In this document: positions 13,134 to 23,469 of the stretch, piece after piece | How positions within the stretch are numbered: the first letter of the stretch is position 1 | Layout: every line of letters starts with the position of its first letter | Program-made: the position numbers and the translations under genes | Assembly: GCF_001194135.2 (NCBI RefSeq) | Contig: NC_068981.1 | Span: 164,631,382-164,676,665 of the forward strand | DNA: 45,284 nucleotides | Source of the DNA: Octopus bimaculoides | Lineage: Eukaryota | Direction: 5' to 3' | Notes under the pieces: generated by a model | What the model was told of the DNA's origin: nothing | What the model saw: only the letters and a program-made list of their open reading frames with translations | Database searches by the model: none

Positions 13134-14039
13134 GTGAGTGAAATATATTGAACAGACACATGAAATATATTGAACAAATGCATTGTAAAATCCCATGAGA
13201 GTGACTGTTCCTGGTTTTGGATGATAGAATTAAACAATCGCTCGTTTTAACACTACTTGGCACTCGAAAGATAATGTCGTTCATAGTCGGAATTGAATAA
13301 ACATAAAGAGTAGTAGTTAAACACAGCAATGCATTTTGTCTGTTGTTTTATCGAGGTTCCCGATACCATCACTATATGCATATGTAAACATTTAAAAACA
13401 AAAACGTTCGTATGTGAAGATAGATTAATAACCCGAACGATTATAATTGTATAAACACGTTACCTTTCTTATCTTATAAATTTAAGTTTTTAGTTTGAGA
13501 AATCATAAAACAATTTATTAGAAGTAGTGAAGCGCAAGAGAAAAATTTATAGAAATCTCAAATTCCGCTAAAATCAGTTTGGCCTTACGTTCTTTCAAGG
13601 TCGATAAAATGAAGGAACAACTCAAGACAGTTGGTTGGGCATCACATCAGCATTCGTACTGGTATTTGTGCTCAGTATCACGGTGGTATCTTTAATCCGT
13701 CAGTCAACGCTTGTCTGCAATTTGAAGCTAACTTTCTACAATAATGCTACTAGTCTGAAAAGGTCCTTTAAAAATAATGAATTCTACCTCTTTAGCTAAA
13801 AAGAAAGCTAAAAGCTGAAGATATTTGTAATTGGCTAATGTTTTTGTTTGTTTTCAGCATAAATATTTTTAGTTAGTTTTGATTACTAACTTTATATGAA
13901 ATGTGTTGACACTGACCATTCCTACTGAGGAGTCTTTTGCTTTATATTTATACTATTGTTATACAAGATCACCCCCCACCCCCCAAAAAAAATTAATATC
14001 CACGATAATTCGTAGTGTACGCCGGCAATATTAGTGTGA

Positions 14040-14243
14040 GGCGGCGAGCTGGCAGAAAAATTAGCACGAAATGCTTATGGGTATTTCGTCTGTCTACGTT
14101 CTGAGTTCAAATTCCTCCGAGGTCGACTTTGCCTTTCATCCTTTCGAGGTTGATAAATTAAGTACCAGTTGCGTACTGGAGTCGATCTAATCAACTGCCC
14201 CACTCTCCAAAAATGTCGGGCCTTGTGCCCAGATTAGAAAAGA
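14040..14243 (+). mobile_element. SINE family A (GGCGGCGAGCTGGCAGAA head)
   Basis: Collinear with 25695-25915; B-box-like GAGTTCAAATTCC. Confidence 0.88.
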
Positions 14244-15626
14244 CTGTTGAGAAAACTGTTATTACACAATATCGTTTTACATGCGGATGAGTTCTCTTAA
14301 TTGTTTACGATATAAGGAGTTCCATTTTACAGTTGCTTCTGAACTGGGAAATGAAATGAACTTCTGAAAAACTATCCATTAATGCTAAAAAGTAACATGA
14401 AATGAAAATATATATATACTAAGGCAGGGGTCGGGGAACGTTTTTAACCACTTACCCCCAATATATATTTATTTACGCCGACGTCACCCCCTTGATTCGA
14501 AAGGACGAAAATCACAGATTCGTTGATTACAAAAGGTTTATTTAATCTATTTTATCGAATCTATTTATATGAATCTATTTACATGTCCATTATATTGGAC
14601 AGATACAGTGTTGCCAGAAGAAAAAATTCTGTCGTAATAAGGAATACGTTCTTTATATACTTATGTCTAATGAGTTCTCATTGCTTCCAAGGATTGTCTG
14701 TAAATCGACTGTAAATTAGTTGATATTCGATAACATTTTTCCCATTAAGATTCAAATTTTGAAGAAGTAACGTGTAGCCTAAATTATAAAAGAAATAGTA
14801 ACGTGCAGACCTGAAAGGTAGCGTAACCCACTATNNNNNNNNNNNNNNNNNNNNNNNNNNNNNNNNNNNNNNNNNNNNNNNNNNNNNNNNNNNNNNNNNN
14901 NNNNNNNNNNNNNNNNNNNNNNNNNNNNNNNNNNNNNNNNNNNNNNNNNNNNNNNNNNNNNNNNNNNNNNNNNNNNNNNNNNNNNNNNNNNNNNNNNNNN
15001 NNNNNNNNNNNNNNNNNNNNNNNNNNNNNNNNNNNNNNNNNNNNNNNNNNNNNNNNNNNNNNNNNNTCAAATATTCAATCTTGTAGATCACTTTGGCAAC
15101 TAATTCACAGCGAAAGCTTCGCTTCAGTGAGGTCAGAATAATACCGAACGTGTCTGAAGTTATCTTCTTTATTTGTGACAAAAAAAAAAAGTGAAATGAA
15201 ATTAATTATTGATTAATAGATAAGTTTAAAATGTGCTAAGCTTTAAATATGCTTAAAACCAACTTAACTGCAACATGCTTTAGTTTTATAGAACCAAAAA
15301 GTTAACAGAGTTTAGAGACGCATTGAAAGGTTTCAATTGTTATAAGTTCTCGCTGTCGTCATCATCGTCTTCGCCATCGTCGTCGACATTAAATGTTACT
15401 GTTGTTGTTGTTGTTGTTGTTGTTGTTACAGTCAACGTCGTTAGTGTTTCTGTTGTTTATGTTTCCATTCTTCTTGCTTTTGTCAATATTGTAGGTTTTC
15501 TTTCCATTCAGTTGTAATGCATTTAGCTTCAAATCTGAGTCCCTTTCAGTGGTTTGAAACATGAATACCAAATACTAGATACCAACATGAAATAAAAGCA
15601 CCACCACCACAGCCACCAATACAATC

Positions 15627-15629
15627 CCT

Positions 15630-15685
<56 letters not shown>
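15627..15685. repeat. (CTA)n microsatellite
   Basis: Directly visible; a (GTT)n tract also lies at about 15398-15426. Confidence 0.97.
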
Positions 15686-15686
<1 letters not shown>

Positions 15687-16737
15687 CGCCGCGCTGCTGC
15701 TGCTAATACTACTATAGTCTCTTTTCTTTGTTAATGACTTTCAATCACATTTTAGCGTGTTTTATATATATTTATTTATTTTCTTTTACCCACCAAACTA
15801 GTAAGATTGGTAAATTTGTAGCTCATCAGAATATAAAGTCTGAGAAACGCTAAAGTTTAATTATTTCATTATTAATAGCTCCTACATGAAACTCGATCCT
15901 CGACTCCTTATAATAATATATATACGCATACAAAAGGCAATTGTGGAAGTTGTTGGTATAAAAAAAAAAAAAAGCAACAACAACCGAGGATTAGTTAATT
16001 GTAAAGATCCACGCAGTTTCGAGAGGAAATTATGTTTGGAAGTAAAAGTAAAAATAAAATAGAAACAATGAAGACTAAGAAGAAAAAAACAAGAGCGGAT
16101 ACAAGAAAAATAAAAATTAAGGTTTTAACAAAATAATAACAAGTATAAAAATTTTAGTAAAAATAAGTAAATAAAAGATCACAATGGAATGAAAAACAGC
16201 ACTCGGTGTTTTTTTTAGAATAATTCTTAAATTAACATCCGTTGTATAGTTTGTGTATCCAGATTATTTTGTTAATGGCAATAATGAGGATAATGATGAT
16301 AATGATGATGAGGAGGGTTGCTTGCGTTGATGGCGATGAAGCTGATGACAACGATGACGACGAACGTGTTGAGGATAAAGACTGCGATGACANNNNNNNN
16401 NNNNNNNNNNNNNNNNNNNNNNNNNNNNNNNNNNNNNNNNNNNNNNNNNNNNNNNNNNNNNNNNNNNNNNNNNNNNNNNNNNNNNNNNNNNNNNNNNNNN
16501 NNNNNNNNNNNNNNNNNNNNNNNNAGCTGATGACAACGATGACGACGAACGTGTTGAGGATAAAGACTGCGATGACAACAATGGTGATGAATAAGAATGA
16601 TAATAATTTGGTTATATACAACAACAAAGGAGAACAATGAAAAAACAATACGATACAATGACTATTATATCGTTTCAAACAAATGCTAAACACTCATTAC
16701 GCGTTTATATAAATGCACACACAACTAATGTGCTTGT

Positions 16738-16738
16738 A

Positions 16739-16799
<61 letters not shown>

Positions 16800-16822
16800 C
16801 TCTCTCTCTCTCTCTCTCTCTA
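16738..16822. repeat. (TATC)n-(TC)n microsatellite
   Basis: Directly visible. Confidence 0.97.
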
Positions 16823-17149
16823 CATCTTAATTCGTTTGTTTAATCGAAGCATTTACTTACTTACAGTGCTCTACAACTAATTAGAAATTATTTGGAGATG
16901 TGACAAATGTCGATATGAAATGTATGTATGTGTGCAGCCCCGATGTTGTACTTTTTCTGACATCAACTACCCTTGGTGTCCATGAGAGCACCTATCCTCT
17001 ATATAGTTGTTCTGCTTGTTATGATAGGTAATACTTTCGTCAAAAAATGGTTACACTTAATAATGTAGTTTTGACACACTCTTCCTGGAAAAAAAAAAGA
17101 AAAAAGAATTCTGTTCCCGTTGAACTTGTTTTGATTATCAATCTGCTCT

Positions 17150-17290
17150 AACTGGCACTTCGCCGCCTACGACGAAGTGCCAGTTGATCCGATAAACGGA
17201 ACAGTCTCCTCGTTTAGGCAACACTATTCAAGTGGCATAGATAAAATTTCAGTGAATGTGATATAAATGGCTGGTCATTTACTCATTTAC
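17150..17290 (-). mobile_element. 3' fragment of SINE family C
   Basis: ggcacttcgccgcctacgac...gatccgataaacggaacagtctcctcgt matches 11917-11980. Confidence 0.75.
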
Positions 17291-17619
17291 AATAGGACTG
17301 GCGTAATTTGTGTGGCAGTGACATGGTTGGAGTGGCTGTGATACAACTGTAGCGTAAGTGATACATCTTCAATGAAAATTATACAATCGACTTTGCAGGG
17401 ACACAAGAGGAGAGAAGAGCAAATACGTTTAGTGTGAGTGACTCAAATTGAGTGACTTCGAAACAGGGGTAGAAAAGGTGACACCATTGCTTTCAGACTC
17501 CTTCTAAGAACTATGAAAATGAATTGTAAGTTTTGCAGTGGCACCACTACTTCTTACTGTAGTGCATCATTCCATTCAATGATATTTTGCGTGACAGCAT
17601 ATATGCCCTCACTTCTTTC

Positions 17620-17790
17620 GATAACTTGGTCTTTTTTGTCTTAGATTATTACTACTTTCTCCGTTTTCTTCCTCTGTTTAGACGAACTTTCCTACCTTTT
17701 CGGACAAAACCTTTTGTAACCTTCGTCCTGTCTTTGTCCTTAGATGTTTTTAATTGATATTAGCCCTTGTAGCCAATAAAACGAATTAAT
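17620..17790 (+). mobile_element. Probable retroelement 3' tail
   Basis: Pyrimidine-rich body ending tagcccttgtagccaataaaacgaat, a tail form I recall from octopus LINE/SINE 3' ends; not confirmed within the window. Confidence 0.3.
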
Positions 17791-18341
17791 TATTACTAAG
17801 CGAGTTGGCTTTGCAGAATTCTCNNNNNNNNNNNNNNNNNNNNNNNNNNNNNNNNNNNNNNNNNNNNNNNNNNNNNNNNNNNNNNNNNNNNNNNNNNNNN
17901 NNNNNNNNNNNNNNNNNNNNNNNNNNNNNNNNNNNNNNNNNNNNNNNNNNNNNNNNNNNNNNNNNNNNNNNNNNNNNNNNNNNNNNNNNNNNNNNNNNNN
18001 NNNNNNNNNNNNNNNNNNNNNNNNNNNNNNNNNNNNNNNNNNNNNNNNNNNNNNNNNNNNNNNNNNNGAATGGATGAATGGATGAACGTATGTTAAACAC
18101 CAAACTCAACTTTTTTCTTCTTTTTTCGTTTCTTTTACGCCTGCACTATATAAACCCGTTTGCAAACAATATAAGTGTCGACCCAGCCACGTAATGCTGA
18201 TGGATATTAAAATGCATATTTCGGTGTAATTGTCAAAACAATCGCGTAAACTCTTCTGAACAAGTTTTTAGACTACTTAAAGCATAGGGTTGGTTGCTGC
18301 TGTTGTTACTGACAATTTATATTGGCGTTGGAGAGAATCAC

Positions 18342-18368
18342 AATGATGATGATGATGATGACGATGAC

Positions 18369-18406
<38 letters not shown>

Positions 18407-18412
18407 CGATGA
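18342..18412. repeat. (GAT)n microsatellite
   Basis: Directly visible. Confidence 0.97.
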
Positions 18413-18681
18413 TAAGTCGATGATCTGCCACGGAAAACAAGCTGTAATGAGACAAATGGAACCTGCTAACACAACCGCCACAACAACAAGATAGTAAGAT
18501 AGAAAGAAAGATGTTAATTTAAAATGAATAATAATGCCTGGCTCTTCCTGTTTTGACAAAAGCTAAACTTTAAATCATTATCAGTGTCTATTTTGACCTT
18601 AAACACTTCTCAGTAAATGTTTTACAGCTAACTGAAAGGTTTGTTCTTTTCTTTTTTTTTTCTTCTTTATCTTTCTGACAG

Positions 18682-18725
18682 ATATAGAAACTGAAGAAAA
18701 ACAAAAGACTTCTCTGTGTGTTCAT
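18682..18725 (+). CDS. Candidate internal mini-exon (44 nt)
   Basis: Long pyrimidine tract ttttcttctttatctttctgacag|ATATAG...TTCAT|gtatgt; phase 1-0 reads IETEEKQKTSLCVH. Confidence 0.25.
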
Positions 18726-18928
18726 GTATGTGTGTGTGTGGGTGTGTGTATGTGCGTGTATACTCACGTATATATATATCTATATATCTATATATATATA
18801 TTATTTATGTATATTTATGTATATATATATATATATATATGTATGTATATGTGTGTATACATATACAAATATGTAAATGTTTGCATACAAAATATTGGAA
18901 AGGAAGGTGTTGGTACAATAAAGATATT

Positions 18929-18964
<36 letters not shown>

Positions 18965-19366
18965 NNNNNNNNNNNNNNNNNNNNNNNNNNNNNNNNNNNN
19001 NNNNNNNNNNNNNNNNNNNNNNNNNNNNNNNNNNNNNNNNNNNNNNNNNNNNNNNNNNNNNNNNNNNNNNNNNNNNNNNNNNNNNNNNNNNNNNNNNNNN
19101 NNNNNNNNNNNNNNNNNNNNNNNNNNNNNNNNNNNNNNNNNNNNNNNNNNNNNNNNNNNNNNNNNNNNNNNNNNNNNNNNNNNNNNNNNNNNNNNNNNNN
19201 NNNNNNNNNNNNNNNNNNNNNNNNNNNNNNNNNNNNNNNNNNNNNNNNNNNNNNNNNNNNNNNNNNNNNNNNNNNNNNNNNNNNNNNNNNNNNNNNNNNN
19301 NNNNNNNNNNNNNNNNNNNNNNNNNNNNNNNNNNNNTATATATATATATAAGTAACAATAGAAGTA

Positions 19367-19687
19367 CAGGTGTCAATCCATTACGGCCGTTTCTAACGAC
19401 TCCTTTAATTGATGAATGAAAACATTACATCATTATAAAGAAACCGTTTTCGTCAGATGAATTTATGAACTTCCAAATAAAGGACATTCAAAATGATTTA
19501 ATATAGTTTAAAATCCAAGGAGCGAAACATTTACAGTCATTCTGCTACTATTTCAGTTGACAGTTAACTATGTTGAATCATTTTGAATGTCCTTTATTAT
19601 GAAGCTCATGAATTCATCTGACGAAAACGGTTTCTTTATAATGATGTAATGTTTTCGTTAGAAACGGCCGTAATGGATTGACACCTG
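19367..19687. mobile_element. Tc1/mariner-type MITE (foldback) with TA target duplication
   Basis: TA|CAGGTGTCAATCCATTACGGCCG...CGGCCGTAATGGATTGACACCTG|TA; arms about 19367-19507 and 19566-19687 near-identical apart from a 20-nt insertion in the left arm. Confidence 0.88.
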
Positions 19688-19972
19688 TACCACTACTGTT
19701 ATTCATTTACATTTTATTCACTTGTCACTTAATCTGCCCTTCGTAAATATTATGGACCGTATATTTAATACAATATACATGTTTGAATAGCTGAAGAGCG
19801 GATTTCTTCACTCAGCTAGGTCTAATTGTCTACATACTCTGCAAGAATATCATTCGGCCGGTACTTATGCATCAAGTTTGATACTTTTATAACATTGTTG
19901 TGTGTGTATATTATTCCGATCTTACGAGGTACCTCAGTTTAAGTACCTAATTCAACTGAATCTTATATATAT

Positions 19973-20365
19973 GAGTTACGGAATGGAGTAGATAAGATTC
20001 GGGCTACATACGTTTCATAGCGAGCGAAACCACAGAAGTGGTAAATATCCAGGTGAAGTGTATACCGCAGGCTACTCTTCGGGCCAAGGATATTCTGATT
20101 AAATGAAAGTTTACATTGCCGCAAGGAGGTACATGTTAACGTATGGAAAATTCTTGAATACCTTCATGCATGATTCAACTCTTATTGAATCTTCCTTGTG
20201 TTAACATGTACCTCCTTGCGGCAATGTAAACTTTCATTTAATCAAGACATCCTTGATCTGAAGAGTAGCCTGCTGTATACTCCTCGCTTGGATATTTACC
20301 ACTTCTGAGGTTCCGCTCACTATGAAACATATAGCCTGGATCTTATCTACTCTATTCTGTGACTC
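19973..20365. repeat. Long inverted repeat (foldback, possible MITE)
   Basis: Arms 19973-20140 and 20200-20365; 59-nt spacer containing a small gattcaa/ttgaatc hairpin; no clear TSD. Confidence 0.92.
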
Positions 20366-20519
20366 TTGTTTTCTTATTCGCACACCCGGCAACCCTGGTC
20401 GCCTACCGTAACATATAAAAAGAGCTTTTTTTCAGTTTATCGTACTACGATACGAAAAAATCCACAATATTCTGTCTCAATAAACCACTATTGTCCCTGA
20501 AAGTTGTATTTTTTTATAT

Positions 20520-20760
20520 TTACTACGGATTGCTTGAAGCTAACTTTCTTCCTACACCTCAATCCCTGGATCCTACATATATATTTGTGACCGCGTGTGC
20601 ATCGTTGGCTATTTTCTTTCTCCGTCTTTCCTACGACTTTTTCTATATTTCTGATGAAGAGCTCTGCTTGAAACGTTAAATCCTCTTTCTTTTCTTTCCT
20701 TTCCTGAGCGTCCAATAACACTGTATCTATTCCACGCCCTCGCGTTGTTGTGTTTTCATC
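20520..20760 (+). mobile_element. Penelope-like 3' terminal (pLTR) fragment containing a hammerhead motif
   Basis: Contains CTGATGAAGAGC..GCTTGAAACGTT followed by a pyrimidine-rich tail, the arrangement typical of PLE termini. Confidence 0.65.
20647..20681 (+). ncRNA. Minimal type I hammerhead ribozyme motif (PLE-type, predicted to need dimerisation)
   Basis: Helix I ATTT/AAAT; core CTGATGA 20651-20657; extra A; helix II GAGC-tct-GCTT; GAAAC 20670-20674; palindromic AACGTT in place of helix III; predicted cleavage after GUU (20677). Confidence 0.7.
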
Positions 20761-21659
20761 ATTTTAAAAGTTATATTCCAATTGTATAGAATTTTCTCGA
20801 AATGAATGTATGTTGGTACATTCATACAGCATTAAAGTTAATAAATAGAACGAGATCAGTTACCACGATCAGAACTCCACTAAAGGAATTGATGTCTACA
20901 ACTTTTCTCAGGGTCTATTCCGCAAAAATATTGAATGCCGATGCCAAGTAAACACTAAAGACAAGAACTGTAAACCTTATAATCGATATGTCTGCCAATA
21001 ATTTTGAAATCTAGATTATATTTTCTTTCCTGTTGTATCTGATGGTGGTCTTCTATTCTCTCGTGGAAATCTTAATAGAAGAGTTGCTGCGTCTTGTATG
21101 CAGCGGCAGGTGAAGTGAAACTGTGTCAGTAATCAGGTTGCAGTTACTGCGACGAACATTTTGACACTAAATAATGAATATTTAAGTGAGGTTAACAGTT
21201 TTGTGTGTTTTGGAATGGCTAATATGCGTTTTCTATAATTATTATTTTCCGTAATTATTATTTCCATTATTCTTCAAGAATTGTTGGCGAGTTTATCTTT
21301 CGTTCTATCTAATTTGGAACTTCATGAATATTTATTAAATATTATATTCTCTTTTCATCGTTTCTTCTTTAATAATTCAATCAATATTTTCCTAATATAT
21401 TATAATTAAAATAACTACTAAATTGTGTGGAACACATTTTACCGAAAATGACACCAAATGTCGAAACAACCAACCTGTTTGCGAATATAGATGGATTAAA
21501 AGCAAAACTTGTAATCAGTTTTAATACTAGAAATTAATTAAGGTTCTTAATCACTTTTCTAAGATGTGAGGAAAAGTATTTCACCGCGAAATTTTATTCT
21601 TTCCCAAAGAAACAAACGCCAACCAGGAATTAATGTGAGTATACATACAGAGATGTGTA

Positions 21660-21692
<33 letters not shown>

Positions 21693-21702
21693 NNNNNNNN
21701 NN

Positions 21703-21743
<41 letters not shown>

Positions 21744-22149
21744 CATGCTTACATACATACATCATCCATCTGAGCGAGAGTGGGGTGTACGTATGTCAAA
21801 TATTTACAACTATGAAGCACATAGAGACAACATACAAAAAAAAAACAATATAAATATATCTACTGTAGATTATTATGTACACCTCGCTACTTTCGCCTCT
21901 TCTTTGTAACAAAGATCTATCGTGGGTCACTGTGTCAAGCCATAAATATGTCAAATGATACATAGAAACTGTGATTGATGTGCCTCATTATTCTATCACC
22001 AATGTAGTTTTACATCTTGATGCTCATTTATTTTTGAGATGTGGTGAGGTCTTCTTCAATCATTATATATCTATTCGTTTATTTCTTTTTGTTGTTATCA
22101 TTATCGGTAACATTATGATCATCGTTATTATACTTATTATACTTATTAT

Positions 22150-22152
22150 TAA

Positions 22153-22211
<59 letters not shown>
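22150..22211. repeat. (ATT)n microsatellite
   Basis: Directly visible. Confidence 0.97.
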
Positions 22212-22212
<1 letters not shown>

Positions 22213-22804
22213 CATTATAACCTAATCCCTTGGTGGTAGCTGTTGGTGAACTACACCACCATGAGGTACTGAATGACTGAGAGGAATAAAAGCTATTTTA
22301 TTNNNNNNNNNNNNNNNNNNNNNNNNNNNNNNNNNNNNNNNNNNNNNNNNNNNNNNNNNNNNNNNNNNNNNNNNNNNNNNNNNNNNNNNNNNNNNNNNNN
22401 NNNNNNNNNNNNNNNNNNNNNNNNNNNNNNNNNNNNNNNNNNNNNNNNNNNNNNNNNNNNNNNNNNNNNNNNNNNNNNNNNNNNNNNNNNNNNNNNNNNN
22501 NNNNNNNNNNNNNNNNNNNNNNNNNNNNNNNNNNNNNNNNNNNNNNNNNNNNNNNNNNNNNNNNNNNNNNNNNNNNNNNNNNNNNNNNNNNNNNNNNNNN
22601 NNNNNNNNNNNNNNNNNNNNNNNNNNNNNNNNNNNNNNNNNNNNNNNNNNNNNNNNNNNNNNNNNNNNNNNNNNNNNNNNNNNNNNNNNNNNNNNNNNNN
22701 NNNNNNNNNNNNNNNNNNNNNNNNNNNNNNNNNNNNNNNNNNNNNNNNNNNNNNNNNTATATCTATATATATATATATATATAATATATATATATATATA
22801 CATA

Positions 22805-23090
22805 TATGAAATTAAGGATAGCACTATGGATTTCTGCCGAAAATTACGCCTCACAGAAGCACTTCACAACTACACCAGCGAAGATGACTCAATAGTAAAA
22901 ATCAAAAGTGAATACTGTCCTACAAAAGGTAGAAATAAAGCACTTGATGCTTTTTGTGAACACATTACCAGTTTCCCTTTTAATACCCTACCCTACAAAA
23001 ACAAGGAATTAAATCCAGCCTTAATGTAAATGTATGGAAAGACCTAATGGAGTTAAAAGATTATATAAACCTCACCATTAAAGAAGCCGG
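22805..23090 (+). mobile_element. Penelope-like element RT N-terminal fragment
   Basis: DFCRKLRLTE...DSIVKIKSEYCP...RNKALDAFC and downstream LTIKEAG (cf. IIKxADKG), typical of the pre-RT region of Penelope-like ORFs. Confidence 0.75.
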
Positions 23091-23135
23091 GGTTTTGGCA
23101 AATTTCTTACTTTGATATCTGAAATACAATACAAA

Positions 23136-23170
<35 letters not shown>

Positions 23171-23241
23171 TTATCTATCTATTTATCTATCCACCCATCT
23201 ATCTATCTATCTGTCTGTCTGTCTATGTATATAGATATATA

Positions 23242-23272
<31 letters not shown>

Positions 23273-23284
23273 GACGGTAAATTT

Positions 23285-23420
23285 TTTCAGTTTCTACCAA
23301 CCAAATCCACTCGTAAGGTTTTGGTCAGCCCGAAGCTATAGTAAAAGACACTCGCCCCGCAGTGGGACTCAACCCAGAACTATGTGGTTGATAAGTATGC
23401 TTCTTACCACGCACCCACGT
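23285..23420 (-). mobile_element. SINE family B 5' half
   Basis: ccaaatccactcgtaaggttttggtcagcccgaagctatagtaaaagacact...cttcttaccac is the reverse complement of the family B head. Confidence 0.8.
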
Positions 23421-23469
23421 GAACAAAATTTCAAAAGAAGAAATCTGTAGTATATTTCAATCTATTTGA

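Noticed and set aside
14424-14460. CAGGGGTCGGGGAAC resembling a hAT TIR
   Set aside because: No matching opposite terminus or 8-bp TSD found.
16264-16640. CRISPR-like or coding tandem array
   Set aside because: Eukaryotic simple-sequence region; only two copies around a gap, with no spacers or cas genes.
18294-18494. Poly-Asp ORF with a hydrophobic N-terminus
   Set aside because: Explained by a (GAT)n microsatellite and a non-ATG start.
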